Source: Eledone cirrhosa (Eukaryota). From it: 64,000 nt of DNA. Shown here in pieces: positions 13,601 to 27,477 of this stretch. The notes below the pieces were generated by a model. That model searched no databases, had not been told where the DNA came from, and saw only the letters and a list, made by a program, of their open reading frames with translations. Where the stretch lies: the NCBI GenBank assembly GCA_964016885.1, contig OZ024742.1, positions 44,888,001 to 44,952,000 on the forward strand, written 5' to 3'. Both the position numbers and the translations under genes were made by a program. How positions within the stretch are numbered: the stretch's first letter is position 1; each line of letters starts with the position of its first letter.

Positions 13601-16600
13601 ACATGCTGTATTTCACTATAGCACCCCTAAGACTCCATCATGTGTTATATGGCCAAAACATGCTGTATGTCACTATAGCAGCCCTATGATTCAATCATGT
13701 GTTATATGACCAAAACATGGTGTATGTCACTATAGCACCCCTATGACTCCATCAGATGTTATATGGCCAAAACATGCTGTATGTCACTATAGCAGCCCTA
13801 TGACTCAATCATGTGTTACATGGCCCAAACATGCTGTATGTCACTATAGCAGCCCCATGACTCCTTCATGTGTTATATGGCCAAAACATGCTGTATGTCA
13901 CTATAGCACACCTATGACTCCATCATGTGTTATATGGCCAAAACATGCTGTATGTCACTATAGCACCCCTTAGACTCCATCATGTGTTATATGGCCAAAA
14001 CATGCTGTATGTCACTATAGCACCCCTATGACTCAATCATGTGTTATATGGCCAAAACATGCTGTATGTCACTATAGCACCCCTATGACTCAATCATCTG
14101 TTATATGGCCAAAACATGCTGTATGTCACTATAGCACCCCTATGACTCAATCATGTGTTATGTGGCCAAAACATGCTGTATGTCACTATAACACCCCTAA
14201 GACTCCATCATGTGTTATATGGGCAAAACATGCTGTAAGTCACTATAGCACCCCTAAGACTCCATCATGTGTTATATGGCCAAAACATGCTGTGTGTCAC
14301 TATAGCACCCCTATGACTCCATCAGATATTATATGGCCAAAACATGCTGTATGTCACTATAGCACCCCTAAGACTCAATCATGTGTTATATGGCCAAAAC
14401 ATGGTGTATGTCACTATAGCAGCCCTAAGACTCCATCATGTGTTATATGACCAAAACATGCTGTATGTCACTATAGCAGCCCTATGACTCAATCATGTGT
14501 TACATGGCCCAAACATGCTGTATGTCACTATAGCACCCCTAAGATGCCATCATCTGTTATATGGCCAAAACATGCTGTATGTCACTATAGCAGCCCTATG
14601 ACTCAATCATGTGTTATATGACCAAAACATGGTGTATGTCACTATAGCAGCCCTATGACTCCATCAGATGTTATATGGCCAAAACATGCTGTATGTCACT
14701 ATAGCAGCCCTATGACTCAATCATGTGTTACATGGCCCAAACATGCTGTATGTCACTATAGCAGCCCCATGACTCCTTCATGTGTTATATGGCCAAAACA
14801 TGCTGTATGTCACTATAGCACACCTATGACTCAATCATGTGTTATATGGCCAAAACATGCTGTATGTCACTATAGCACCCCTTAGACTCCATCATGTGTT
14901 ATATGGCCAAAACATGCTGTATGTCACTAGAGCACCCCTATGACTCAATCATGTGTTATATGGCCAAAACATGCTGTATGTCACTATAGCACCCCTATGA
15001 CTCAATCATGTGTTATATGGCCAAAACATGCTGTATGTCACTATAGCACCCCTATGACTCAATCATGTGTTATATGGCCAAAACATGCTGTATGTCACTA
15101 TAGCACCCCTAAGACTCCATCATGTGTTATATGGGCAAAACAAGCTGTAAGTCACTATAGCACCCCTAAGACTCCATCATGTGTTATATGCCCAAAACAT
15201 GCTGTGTGTCACTATAGCACCCCTATGACTCAATCATGTGTTATATGGCCAAAACATGCTGTGTGTCACTATAGCACCCCTATGACTCAATCATGTGTTA
15301 TATGGCCAAAACATGCTGTGTGTCACTATAGCACCCCTCTGACTCAATCATGTGTTATATGGCCAAAACATGCTGTATGTCACTATAGCACACCTATGAC
15401 TCAATCATGTGTTATATGGCCAAAACATGCTGTATGTCACTATAGCAGCCCTTAGACTCCATCATGTGTTATATGGCCAAAACATGCTGTATGTCACTAG
15501 AGCACCCCTATGACTCAATCATGTGTTATATGGCCAAAACATGCTGTATGTCACTATAGCACCCCTATGACTCAATCATGTGTTATATGGCCAAAACATG
15601 CTGTATGTCACTATAGCACCCCTATGACTCAATCATGTGTTATATGGCCAAAACATGCTGTATGTCACTATAGCAGCCCTATGACTCAATCATGTGTTAT
15701 ATGGCCAAAACATGCTGTATGTCACTATAGCACCCCTAAGACTCCATCATGTGTTATATGGGCAAAACAAGCTGTAAGTCACTATAGCACCCCTAAGACT
15801 CCATCATGTGTTATATGCCCAAAACATGCTGTGTGTCACTATAGCACCCCTATGACTCAATCATGTGTTATATGGCCAAAACATGCTGTGTGTCACTATA
15901 GCACCCCTATGACTCAATCATGTGTTATATGGCCAAAACATGCTGTGTGTCACTATAGCACCCCTATGACTCAATCATGTGTTATATGGCCAAAACATGC
16001 TGTGTGTCACTATAGCACCCCTATGACTCCATCATGTGTTATATGCCCAAAACATGCTGTATGTCACTATTGCACCCCTATGACTCAATCATGTGTTATA
16101 TGGCCAAAACATGCTGTGTGTCACTATAGCACCCCTATGACTCCATCAGATATTATATGGCCAAAACATGCTGTATGTCACTATAGCAGCCCTATGACTC
16201 AATCATGTGTTATATGGCCAAAACATGCTGTATGTCACTATAGCACCCCTATGACTCCATCATGTGTTATATGGCCAAAACATGCTGTATGTCACTATAG
16301 CACCCCTAAGACTTCATCATGTGTTATATGACCAAAACATGCTGTATGTCACTATAGCACCCCTAAGACTCCATCATGTGTTATATGCCCAAAACATGCT
16401 GTATGTCACTATAGCACCCCTATGACTCAATCATGTGTTATATGGCCAAAACATGCTGTATATCACTATAGCACCCCTATGACTCAATCATGTGTTATAT
16501 GGCCAAAACATGCTGTATGTCACTATAGCACCCCTATGACTCAATCATGTGTTATATGGCCAAAACATGCTGTATGTCACTATAGCACCCCTATGACTCA

Positions 16601-19600
16601 ATCATGTGTTATGTGGCCAAAACATGCTGTATGTCACTATAGCACCCCTAAGACTCCATCATGTGTTATATGGGCAAAACAAGCTGTAAGTCACTATAGC
16701 ACCCCTAAGACTCCATCATGTGTTATATGGCCAAAACATGCTGTGTGTCACTATAGCACCCCTATGACTCCATCAGATATTATATGGCCAAAACATGCTG
16801 TATGTCACTATAGCAGCCCTATGACTCCATCATGTGTTATATGGCCAAAACATGCTGTATGTCACTATAGCACCCCTAAGACTCCATCATGTGTTATATG
16901 CCCAAAACATGCTGTATGTCACTATAGCACCCCTAAGACTCCATCATGTGTTATATGGCCAAAACATGCTGTATGTCACTATAGCACCCCTAAGACTCCA
17001 TCATGTGTTATATGGCCAAAACATGCTGTATGTCAATATAGCACCCCTATGATTCAATCATATGTTATATGGCCAAAACATGCTGTATGTCACTATAGCA
17101 CCCCTAAGACTCCATCATGTGTTATATGGCCAAAACATGCTGTATGTCACTATAGCAGCCCTATGACTCAATCATGTGTTATATGACCAAAACATGGTGT
17201 ATGTCACTATAGCACCCCTATGACTCCATCAGATGTTATATGGCCAAAACATGCTGTATGTCACTATAGCAGCCCTATGACTCAATCATGTGTTACATGG
17301 CCCAAACATGCTGTATGTCACTATAGCAGCCCCATGACTCCTTCATGTGTTATATGGCCAAAACATGCTGTATGTCACTATAGCACACCTATGACTCCAT
17401 CATGTGTTATATGGCCAAAACATGCTGTATGTCACTAGAGCACCCCTTAGACTCCATCATGTGTTATATGGCCAAAACATGCTGTGTGTCACTATAGCAC
17501 CCCTATGACTCCATCAGATATTATATGGCCAAAACATGCTGTATGTCACTATAGCACCCCTAAGACTCAATCATGTGTTATATGGCCAAAACATGGTGTA
17601 TGTCACTATAGCAGCCCTATGACTCAATCATGTGTTATATGCCCAAAACATGCTGTATGTCACTATAGCAGCCCTATGACTCAATCATGTTTTATATGGC
17701 CAAAACATGCTGTATGTCACTATAGCACCCCTATGACTCAATCATGTGTTATATGGCCAAAACATGCTGTATGTCACTATAGCACCCCTATGACGCAATC
17801 ATGTGTTATATGGCCAAAACATGCTGTATGTCACTATAGCACCCCTAAGACTTCATCATGTGTTATATGACCAAAACATGCTGTATGTCACTATAGCACC
17901 CCTAAGACTCCATCATGTGTTATATGCCCAAAACATGCTGTATGTCACTATAGCACCCCTAAGACTCCATCATATGTTATATGGCCAAAACATGCTGTAT
18001 GTCCCTATAGCAGCCCCAAGGCTCCATCATGTGTTGTATGGGCAAAACATGCTGTATGTCACTATAGCATCCCTAAGACTCCATCATGTGTTATATGGCC
18101 AAAACATGCTGTATGTCACTATAGCACCCCTATGACTCAATCATGTGTTATATGGCCAAAACATGCTGTATATCACTATAGCACCCCTATGACTCAATCA
18201 TGTGTTATATGGCCAAAACATGCTGTATGTCACTATAGCACCCCTAAGACTCCATCATGTGTTATATGGCCAAAACATGCTGTATGTCACTATAGCACCC
18301 CTAAGACTCCATCATGTGTTATATGACCAAAACATGCTGTATGTCACTATAGCAGCCCTATGACTCAATCATGTGTTACATGGCCCAAACATGCTGTATG
18401 TCACTATAGCACCCCTAAGATGCCATCATCTGTTATATGGCCAAAACATGCTGTATGTCACTATAGCAGCCCTATGACTCAATCATGTGTTATATGACCA
18501 AAGCATGGTGTATGTCACTATAGCACCCCTATGACTCCATCAGATGTTATATGGCCAAAACATGCTGTATGTCACTATAGCAGCCCTATGACTCAATCAT
18601 GTGTTACATGGCCCAAACATGCTGTATGTCACTATAGCAGCCCCATGACTCCTTCATGTGTTATATGGCCAAAACATGCTGTATGTCACTATAGCACACC
18701 TATGACTCCATCATGTGTTATATGGCCAAAACATGCTGTATGTCACTATAGCACCCCTTAGATTCCATCATGTGTTATATGGCCAAAACATGCTGTATGT
18801 CACTAGAGCACCCCTATGACTCAATCATGTGTTATATGGCCAAAACATGCTGTATGTCACTATAGCACCCCTATGACTCAATCATGTGTTATATGGCCAA
18901 AACATGCTGTATGTCACTATAGCACCCCTATGACTCAATCATGTGTTATGTGGCCAAAACATGCTGTATGTCACTATAGCACCCCTAAGACTCCATCATG
19001 TGTTATATGGGCAAAACAAGCTGTAAGTCACTATAGCACCCCTAAGACTCCATCATGTGTTATATGGCCAAAACATGCTGTGTGTCACTATAGCACCCCT
19101 ATGACTCCATCAGATATTATATGGCCAAAACATGCTGTATGTCACTATAGCAGCCCTATGACTCAATCATGTGTTATATGGCCAAAACATGCTGTATGTC
19201 ACTATAGCACCCCTAAGACTTCATCATGTGTTATATGACCAAAACATGCTGTATGTCACTATAGCACCCCTAAGACTCCATCATGTGTTATATGCCCAAA
19301 ACATGCTGTATGTCACTATAGCACCCCTAAGACTCCATCATGTGTTATATGGCCAAAACATGCTGTATGTCCCTATAGCAGCCCCATGACTCCATCATGT
19401 GTTGTATGGGCAAAACATGCTGTATGTCACTATAGCACCCCTAAGACTCCATCATGTGTTATATGGCCAAAACATGCTGTATGTCACTATAGCACCCCTA
19501 TGACTCAATCATGTGTTATATGGCCAAAACATGCTGTATATCACTATAGCACCCCTATGACTCCATCATGTGTTATATGCCCAAAACATGCTGTATGTCA

Positions 19601-21893
19601 CTATAGCACCCCTAAGACTCCATCATGTGTTATATGGCCAAAACATGCTGTATGTCACTATAGCACCCCTAAGACTCCATCATGTGTTATATGACCAAAA
19701 CATGCTGTATGTCACTATAGCACCCCTAAGACTCCATCATGTGTTATATGGCCAAAACATGCTGTATGTCACTATAGCAGCCCTATGACTCAATCATGTG
19801 TTACATGGCCCAAACATGCTGTATGTCACTATAGCAGCCCCATGACTCCTTCATGTGTTATATGGCCAAAACATGCTGTATGTCACTATAGCACACCTAT
19901 GACTCCATCATGTGTTATATGGCCAAAACATGCTGTATGTCACTATAGCACACCTATGACTCCATCATGTGTTATATGGCCAAAACATGCTGTATGTCAC
20001 TATAGCACCCCTAAGACTCCATTATCTGTTATATGGCCAAAACATGCTGTATGTCACTATAGCAGCCCTATGACTCAATCATGTGTTATATGACCAAAAC
20101 ATGGTGTATGTCACTATAGCACCCCTATGACTCCATCAGATGTTATATGGCCAAAACATGCTGTATGTCACTATAGCAGCCCTATGACTCAATCATGTGC
20201 TACATGGCCCAAACATGCTGTATGTCACTATAGCAGCCCCATGACTCCTTCATGTGTTATATGGCCAAAACATGCTGTATGTCACTATAGCACACCTATG
20301 ACTCCATCATGTGTTATATGGCCAAAACATGCTGTATGTCACTATAGCACCCCTTAGACTCCATCATGTGTTATATGGCCAAAACATGCCGTATGTCACT
20401 AGAGCACCCCTATGACTCAATCATGTGTTATATGGCCAAAACATGCTGTATGTCACTATAGCATCCCTATGACTCAATCATGAGTTATATGGCCAAAACA
20501 TGCTGTATGTCACTATAGCACCCCTATGACTCAATCATCTGTTATGTGGCCAAAACATGCTGTATGTCACTATAGCACCCCTAAGACTCCATCATGTGTT
20601 ATATGGGTAAAACATGCTGTAAGTCACTATAGCACCCCTAAGACTCCATCATGTGTTATATGGCCAAAACATGCTGTGTGTCACTATAGCACCCCTATGA
20701 CTCCATCAGATATTATATGGCCAAAACATGCTGTATGTCACTATAGCAGCCCTATGACTCAATCATGTTTTATATGGCCAAAACATGCTGTATGTCACTA
20801 TAGCACCCCTATGACTCAATCATGTGTTATATGGCCAAAACATGCTGTATGTCACTATAGCACCCCTATGACGCAATCATGTGTTATATGGCCAAAACAT
20901 GCTGTATGTCACTATAGCACCCCTAAGACTTCATCATGTGTTATATGACCAAAACATGCTGTATGTCACTATAGCACCCCTAAGACTCCATCATGTGTTA
21001 TATGCCCAAAACATGCTGTATGTCACTATAGCACCCCTAAGACTCCATCATGTGTTATATGGCCAAAACATGCTGTATGTCCCTATAGCAGCCCCATGAC
21101 TCCATCATGTGTTATATGGCCAAAACATGCTGTATGTCACTATAGCACCCCTATGACTCCATCATGTGTTATATGGCCAAAACATGCTGTATGTCACTAT
21201 AGTACCCTTAAGACTCCATCATGTGTTATATGGCCAAAACATGCTGTATGTCACTATAGCAGCCCTATGAATCAATCATGTGTTATATGGCCAAAACATG
21301 CTGTATGTCACTATAGCACCCCTATGACTCAATCATGTGTTATATGGCCAAAACATGCTGTATGTCACTATAGCACCCCTAAGAATCCATCATGTGTTGT
21401 ATGGGCAAAACATGCTGTATGTCACTATAGCACCCTTAAGACTCCATCATGTGTTATATGGCCAAAACATGCTGTATGTCACTATAGCACCCCTATGACT
21501 CAATCATGTGTTATATGGCCAAAACATGCTGTATATCACTATAGCACCCCTATGACTCAATCATCTGTTATATGCCCAAAACATGCTGTATGTCACTATA
21601 GCACCCCTATGACTCAATCATGTGTTATATGGCCAAAACATGCTGTATGTCACTATAGCACCCCTATGACTCAATCATGTGTTATATGCCCAAAACATGC
21701 TGTATGTCACTATAGCACCCCTAAGACTCCATCATGTGTTATATGGCCAAAACATGCTGTATGTCACTATAGCACCCCTAAGACTCCATCATGTGTTATA
21801 TGACCAAAACATGCTGTATGTCACTATAGCACCCCTAAGACTCCATCATGTGTTATATGCCCAAAACATGCTGTATGTCACTATAGCAGCCCT

Positions 21894-24399
21894 ATGACTC
21901 AATCATGTGTTATATGGCCAAAACATGCTGTATGTCACTATAGCAGCCCTATGACTCCATCATGTGTTATATGGCCAAAACATGCTGTATGTCACTATAG
22001 CACCTCTATGACTCCATCATGTGTTATATGGCCAAAACATGCTGTATGTCACTATAGCACCCCTAAGACTCCATCATGTGTTATATGGCAAAAACATGCT
22101 GTATGTCACTATAGCAGCCCTATGACTCAATCATGTGTTATATGGCCAAAACATGCTGTATATCACTATAGCACCCCTAAGACTCCATCATGTGTTATAT
22201 GGCCAAAACATGCTGTATGTCACTATAGCACCCCTAAGACTCCATCATGTGTTATATGGCCAAAACATGCTGTATGTCACTATAGCACCCCTATGACTCA
22301 ATCATGTGTTATATGGCCAAAACATGCTGTATGTCACTATAGGACCCCTAAGACTCCATCACGTGTTATATGGGCAAAACATGGTGTATGTCACTATAGC
22401 ACCCCTAAGACTCCATCATGTGTTATATGGCCAAAACATGCTGTATGTCACTATAGCACCCCTATGACTAAATCATGTGTTAAATGCCCAAAACATGCTG
22501 TATGTCACTATAGCACCCCTAAGACTCCATCATGTGTTATATGGCCAAAACATGCTGTATGTCACTATAACACCCCTAAGACTCCATCATGTGTTATAGG
22601 GCCAAAACATGCTGTATGTCACTATAGCACCCCTATGACTCAATCATGTGTTATATGGCCAAAACATGCTGTATGTCACTATAGCAGCCCTATGACTCAA
22701 TCATGTGTTATATGGCCAAAACATGCTGTATGTCACTATAGCACCCCTAAGACTCCATCATGTGTTATATGGCCAAAACATGCTGTATGTCACTATAGCA
22801 CCCCTAAGACTCCATCATGTGTTATATGGCCAAAACATGCTGTATGTCACTATAGCACCCCTATGACTCAATCATGTGTTATATGACCAAAACATGCTGT
22901 ATGTCACTATAGCACCCCTATGACTCAATCATGTGTTATATGCCCAAAACATGCTGTATGTCACTATAGTAGCCCTATGACTCAATCATGTGTTATATGG
23001 CCAAAACATGGTGTATGTCACTATATCAGCCCAATGACTCCATAATGTGTTATAGGCCCAAAACATGCTGTATGTCACTATAAAACCCCTAAGACTCCAT
23101 CATGTTTATATGGCCAAAACATGCTGTATGTCACTATAGCAGCCCTATGACTCAATCATGTGTTATATGGCCAAAACATGCTGTATGTCACTATAGCAGC
23201 CCTATGACTCCATCATGTGTTATATGGCCAAAACATGCTGTATGTCACTATAGCACCCCTATGACTCAATCATGTGTTATATGGCCAAAACATGCTGTAT
23301 GTCACTATAGCACCCCTAAGACTCCATCATGTGTTATATGGCAAAAACATGCTGTATGTCACTATAGCAGCCCTATGACTCAATCATGTGTTATATGGCC
23401 AAAACATGCTGTATATCACTATAGCACCCCTAAGACTCCATCATGTGTTATATGGCCAAAACATGCTGTATGTCACTATAGCACCCCTAAGACTCCATCA
23501 TGTGTTATATGGCCAAAACATGCTGTATGTCACTATAGCACCCCTATGACTCAATCATGTGTTATATGGCCAAAACATGCTGTATGTCACTATAGGACCC
23601 CTAAGACTCCATCACGTGTTATATGGGCAAAACATGGTGTATGTCACTATAGCACCCCTAAGACTCCATCATGTGTTATATGGCCAAAACATGCTGTATG
23701 TCACTATAGCACCCCTATGACTAAATCATGTGTTAAATGCCCAAAACATGCTGTATGTCACTATAGCACCCCTAAGACTCCATCATGTGTTATATGGCCA
23801 AAACATGCTGTATGTCACTATAGCACCCCTAAGACTCCATCATGTGTTATATGGCCAAAACATGCTGCATGTCACTATAGCACCCCTATGACTCAATCAT
23901 GTGTTATATGGCCAAAACATGCTGTATGTCACTATAGCAGCCCTATGACTCAATCATGTGTTATATGGCCAAAACATGCTGTATGTCACTATAGCACCCC
24001 TAAGACTCCATCATGTGTTATATGGCCAAAACATGCTGTATGTCACTATAGCACCCCTAAGACTCCATCATGTGTTATATGGCCAAAACATGCTGTATGT
24101 CACTATAGCACCCCTATGACTCAATCATGTGTTATATGACCAAAACATTTTGTATGTCACTATAGCACCCCTATGACTCAATCATGTGTTATATGCCCAA
24201 AACATGCTGTATGTCACTATAGTAGCCCTATGACTCAATCATGTGTTATATGGCCAAAACATGGTGTATGTCACTATATCAGCCCAATGACTCCATAATG
24301 TGTTATAGGCCCAAAACATGCTGTATGTCACTATAAAACCCCTAAGACTCCATCATGTTTATATGGCCAAAACATGCTGTATGTCACTATAGCAGCCCT
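21894..24399 (+). repeat. Tandem 22-monomer HOR duplication, each copy carrying the same 1-bp deletion (period 1,253)
   Basis: catgtttata (missing G) at 23105/6 and 24358/9, 1,253 bp apart = 22 x 57 - 1. Shared variants include ggcaaaaa, ataggacc, taaatgccc, tatatcagcccaa and tataaaacc. Confidence 0.93.
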
Positions 24400-27300
24400 A
24401 TGACTCAATCATGTGTTATATGGCCAAAACATGCTGTATGTCACTATAGCACCCCTATGACTACATCATGTGTTATATGGCCAAAACATGCTGTATGTCA
24501 CTATAGCACCCCTATGACGCAATCATGTGTTATATGGCCAAAACATGCTGCATGTCACTATAGCACCCCTTAGACTCCATCATGTGTTATATGACCAAAA
24601 CATGCTGTATGTCACTATAGCACCCCTAAGACTTCATCATGTGTTATATGACCAAAACATGCTGTATGTCACTATAGCACCCCTAAGACTCCATCATGTG
24701 TTATATGCCCAAAACATGCTGTATGTCACTATAGCACCCCTAAGACTCCATCATGTGTTACATGGCCAAAACATGCTCTATGTCCCTATAGCAGCCCCAT
24801 TACTCCATCATGTGTTATATGGCCAAAACATGCTGTATGTCACTATAGCACCCCTATGACTCCATCATGTGTTATATGGCCAAAACATGCTGTATGTCAC
24901 TATAGCCACCTTCAGACTCCATCATGTGTTATATGGCCAAAACATGCTGTACGTCACTATAGCAGCCCTATGACTCAATCATGTGTTATATGGCCAAAAC
25001 ATGCTGTATGTCACTATAGCACCCCTAAGACTCCATCATGTGTTATATGGCCAAAACATGCTGTATGTCACTATAGCAGCCCTATGACTCAATCATGTGT
25101 TATATGGCCAAAACATGCTGTATGTCACTATAGCACCCCAATGACTCCATCATGTGTTATATGGCCAAAACATGCTGTATGTCACTATAGCACCCCTAAG
25201 ACTCCATCATGTGTTGTATGGGCAAAACATGCTGTATGTCACTATAGCACCCCTAAGACTCCATCATGTGTTATATGGCCAAAACATGCTGTATGTCACT
25301 ATAGCACCCCTATGACTCAATCATGTGTTATATGGCCAAAACATGCTGTATATCACTATAGCACCCATATGACTCAATCATGTGTTATATGCCCAAAACA
25401 TGCTGTATGTCACTATAGCACCCCTAAGACTCCATCATGTGTTATATGGCCAAAACATGCTGTATGTCACTATAGCACCCCTAAGACTCCATCATGTGTT
25501 ATATGACCAAAACATGCTGTATGTCACTATAGCACCCCTAAGACTCCATCATGTGTTATAGGCCCAAAACATGCTGTATGTCACTATAGCACCCCTAAGA
25601 CTCCATCATGTGTTATATGTCCAAAACATGCTGTATGTCACTATAGCAGCCCTATGACTCAATCATGTGTTATATGGCCAAAACATGCTGTATGTCACTA
25701 TAGCAGCCCTGTGACTCCATCATGTGTTATATGGCCAAAACATGCTGTATGTCACTATAGCACCTCTATGACTCCATCATGTGTTATATGGCCAAAACAT
25801 GCTGTATGTCACTATAGCACCCCTAAGACTCCATCATGTGTTATATGGCAAAAACATGCTGTATGTCACTATAGCAGCCATATGACTCAATCATGTGTTA
25901 TATGGCCAAAACATGCTGTATGTCACTATAGCACCCCTAAGACTCCATCATGTGTTATATGGCCAAAACATGCTGTATGTCACTATAGCATCCCTAAGAC
26001 TCCATCATGTGTTATATGGCCAAAACATGCTGTATGTCACTATAGCACCCCTAAGACTCCATCATGTGTTATATGGCCAAAACATGCTGTATGTCACTAT
26101 AGCACCCCTAAGACTCCATCATGTGTTATATGGCTAAAACATGCTGTATGTCACTATAGCACCCCTATGACTCAATCATGTGTTATATGGCCAAAACATG
26201 CTGTATGTCACTATAGGACCCCTAAGACTCCATCACGTGTTACATGGGCAAAACATGGTGTATGTCACTATAGCACCCCTAAGACTCCATCATGTGTTAT
26301 ATGGCCAAAACATGCTGTATGTCACTATAGCACCCCTATGACTAAATCATGTGTTAAATGCCCAAAACATGCTGTATGTCACTATAGCACCCCTAAGACT
26401 CCATCATGTGTTATATGGCCAAAACATGCTGTATGTCACTATAGCACCCCTAAGACTCCATCATGTGTTATATGGCCAAAACATGCTGTATGTCACTATA
26501 GGACCCCTAAGACTCCATCACGTGTTATATGGGCAAAACATGGTGTATGTCACTATAGCACCCCTAAGACTCCATCATGTGTTATATGGCCAAAACATGC
26601 TGTATGTCAGTATAACACCCCTATGACTAAATCATGTGTTAAATGCCCAAAACATGCTGTATGTCACTATAGCACCCCTAAGACTCCATCATGTGTTATA
26701 TGGCCAAAACATGATGTATGTCACTATAGCACCCCTAAGACTCCATCATGTGTTATATGGCCAAAACATGCTGTATGTCACTATAGCACCCCTATGACTC
26801 AATCATGTGTTATATGGCCAAAACATGCTGTATGTCACTATAGCAGCCCTATGACTCAATCATGTGTTATATGGCCAAAACATGCTGTATGTCACTATAG
26901 CACCCCTAAGACTCCATCATGTGTTATATGGCCAAAACATGCTGTATGTCACTATAGCACCCCTAAGACTCCATCATGTGTTATATGGCCAAAACATGCT
27001 GTATGTCACTATAGCACCCCTAAGACTCCATCATGTGTTATATGACCAAAACATGCTGTATGTCACTATAGCAGCCCTATGACTCAATCATGTGTTACAT
27101 GGCCCAAACATGCTGTATGTCACTATAGCAGCCCCATGACTCCTTCATGTGTTATATGGCCAAAACATGCTGTATGTCACTATAGCACACCTATGACTCC
27201 ATCATGTGTTATATGGCCAAAACATGCTGTATGTCACTATAGCACACCTATGACTCCATCATGTGTGATATGGCCAAAACATGCTGTATGTCACTATAGC

Positions 27301-27477
27301 ACCCCTAAGACTCCATCATCTGTTATATGGCCAAAACATGCTGTATGTCACTATAGCAGCCCTATGACTCAATCATGTGTTATATGACCAAAACATGGTG
27401 TATGTCACTATAGCACCCCTAAGACTCCATCATGTGTTATATGACCAAAACATGCTGTATGTCACTATAGCAGCCCT

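Noticed and set aside
8-23100. Third plus frame (DSIMCYMAKTCCMSL*HPY) as a giant ORF under a TAA/TAG = Gln code
   Set aside because: Nothing indicates such a host code. Variants are largely non-synonymous in that frame, frameshifts are propagated by duplication and no unique flanking domain is visible.
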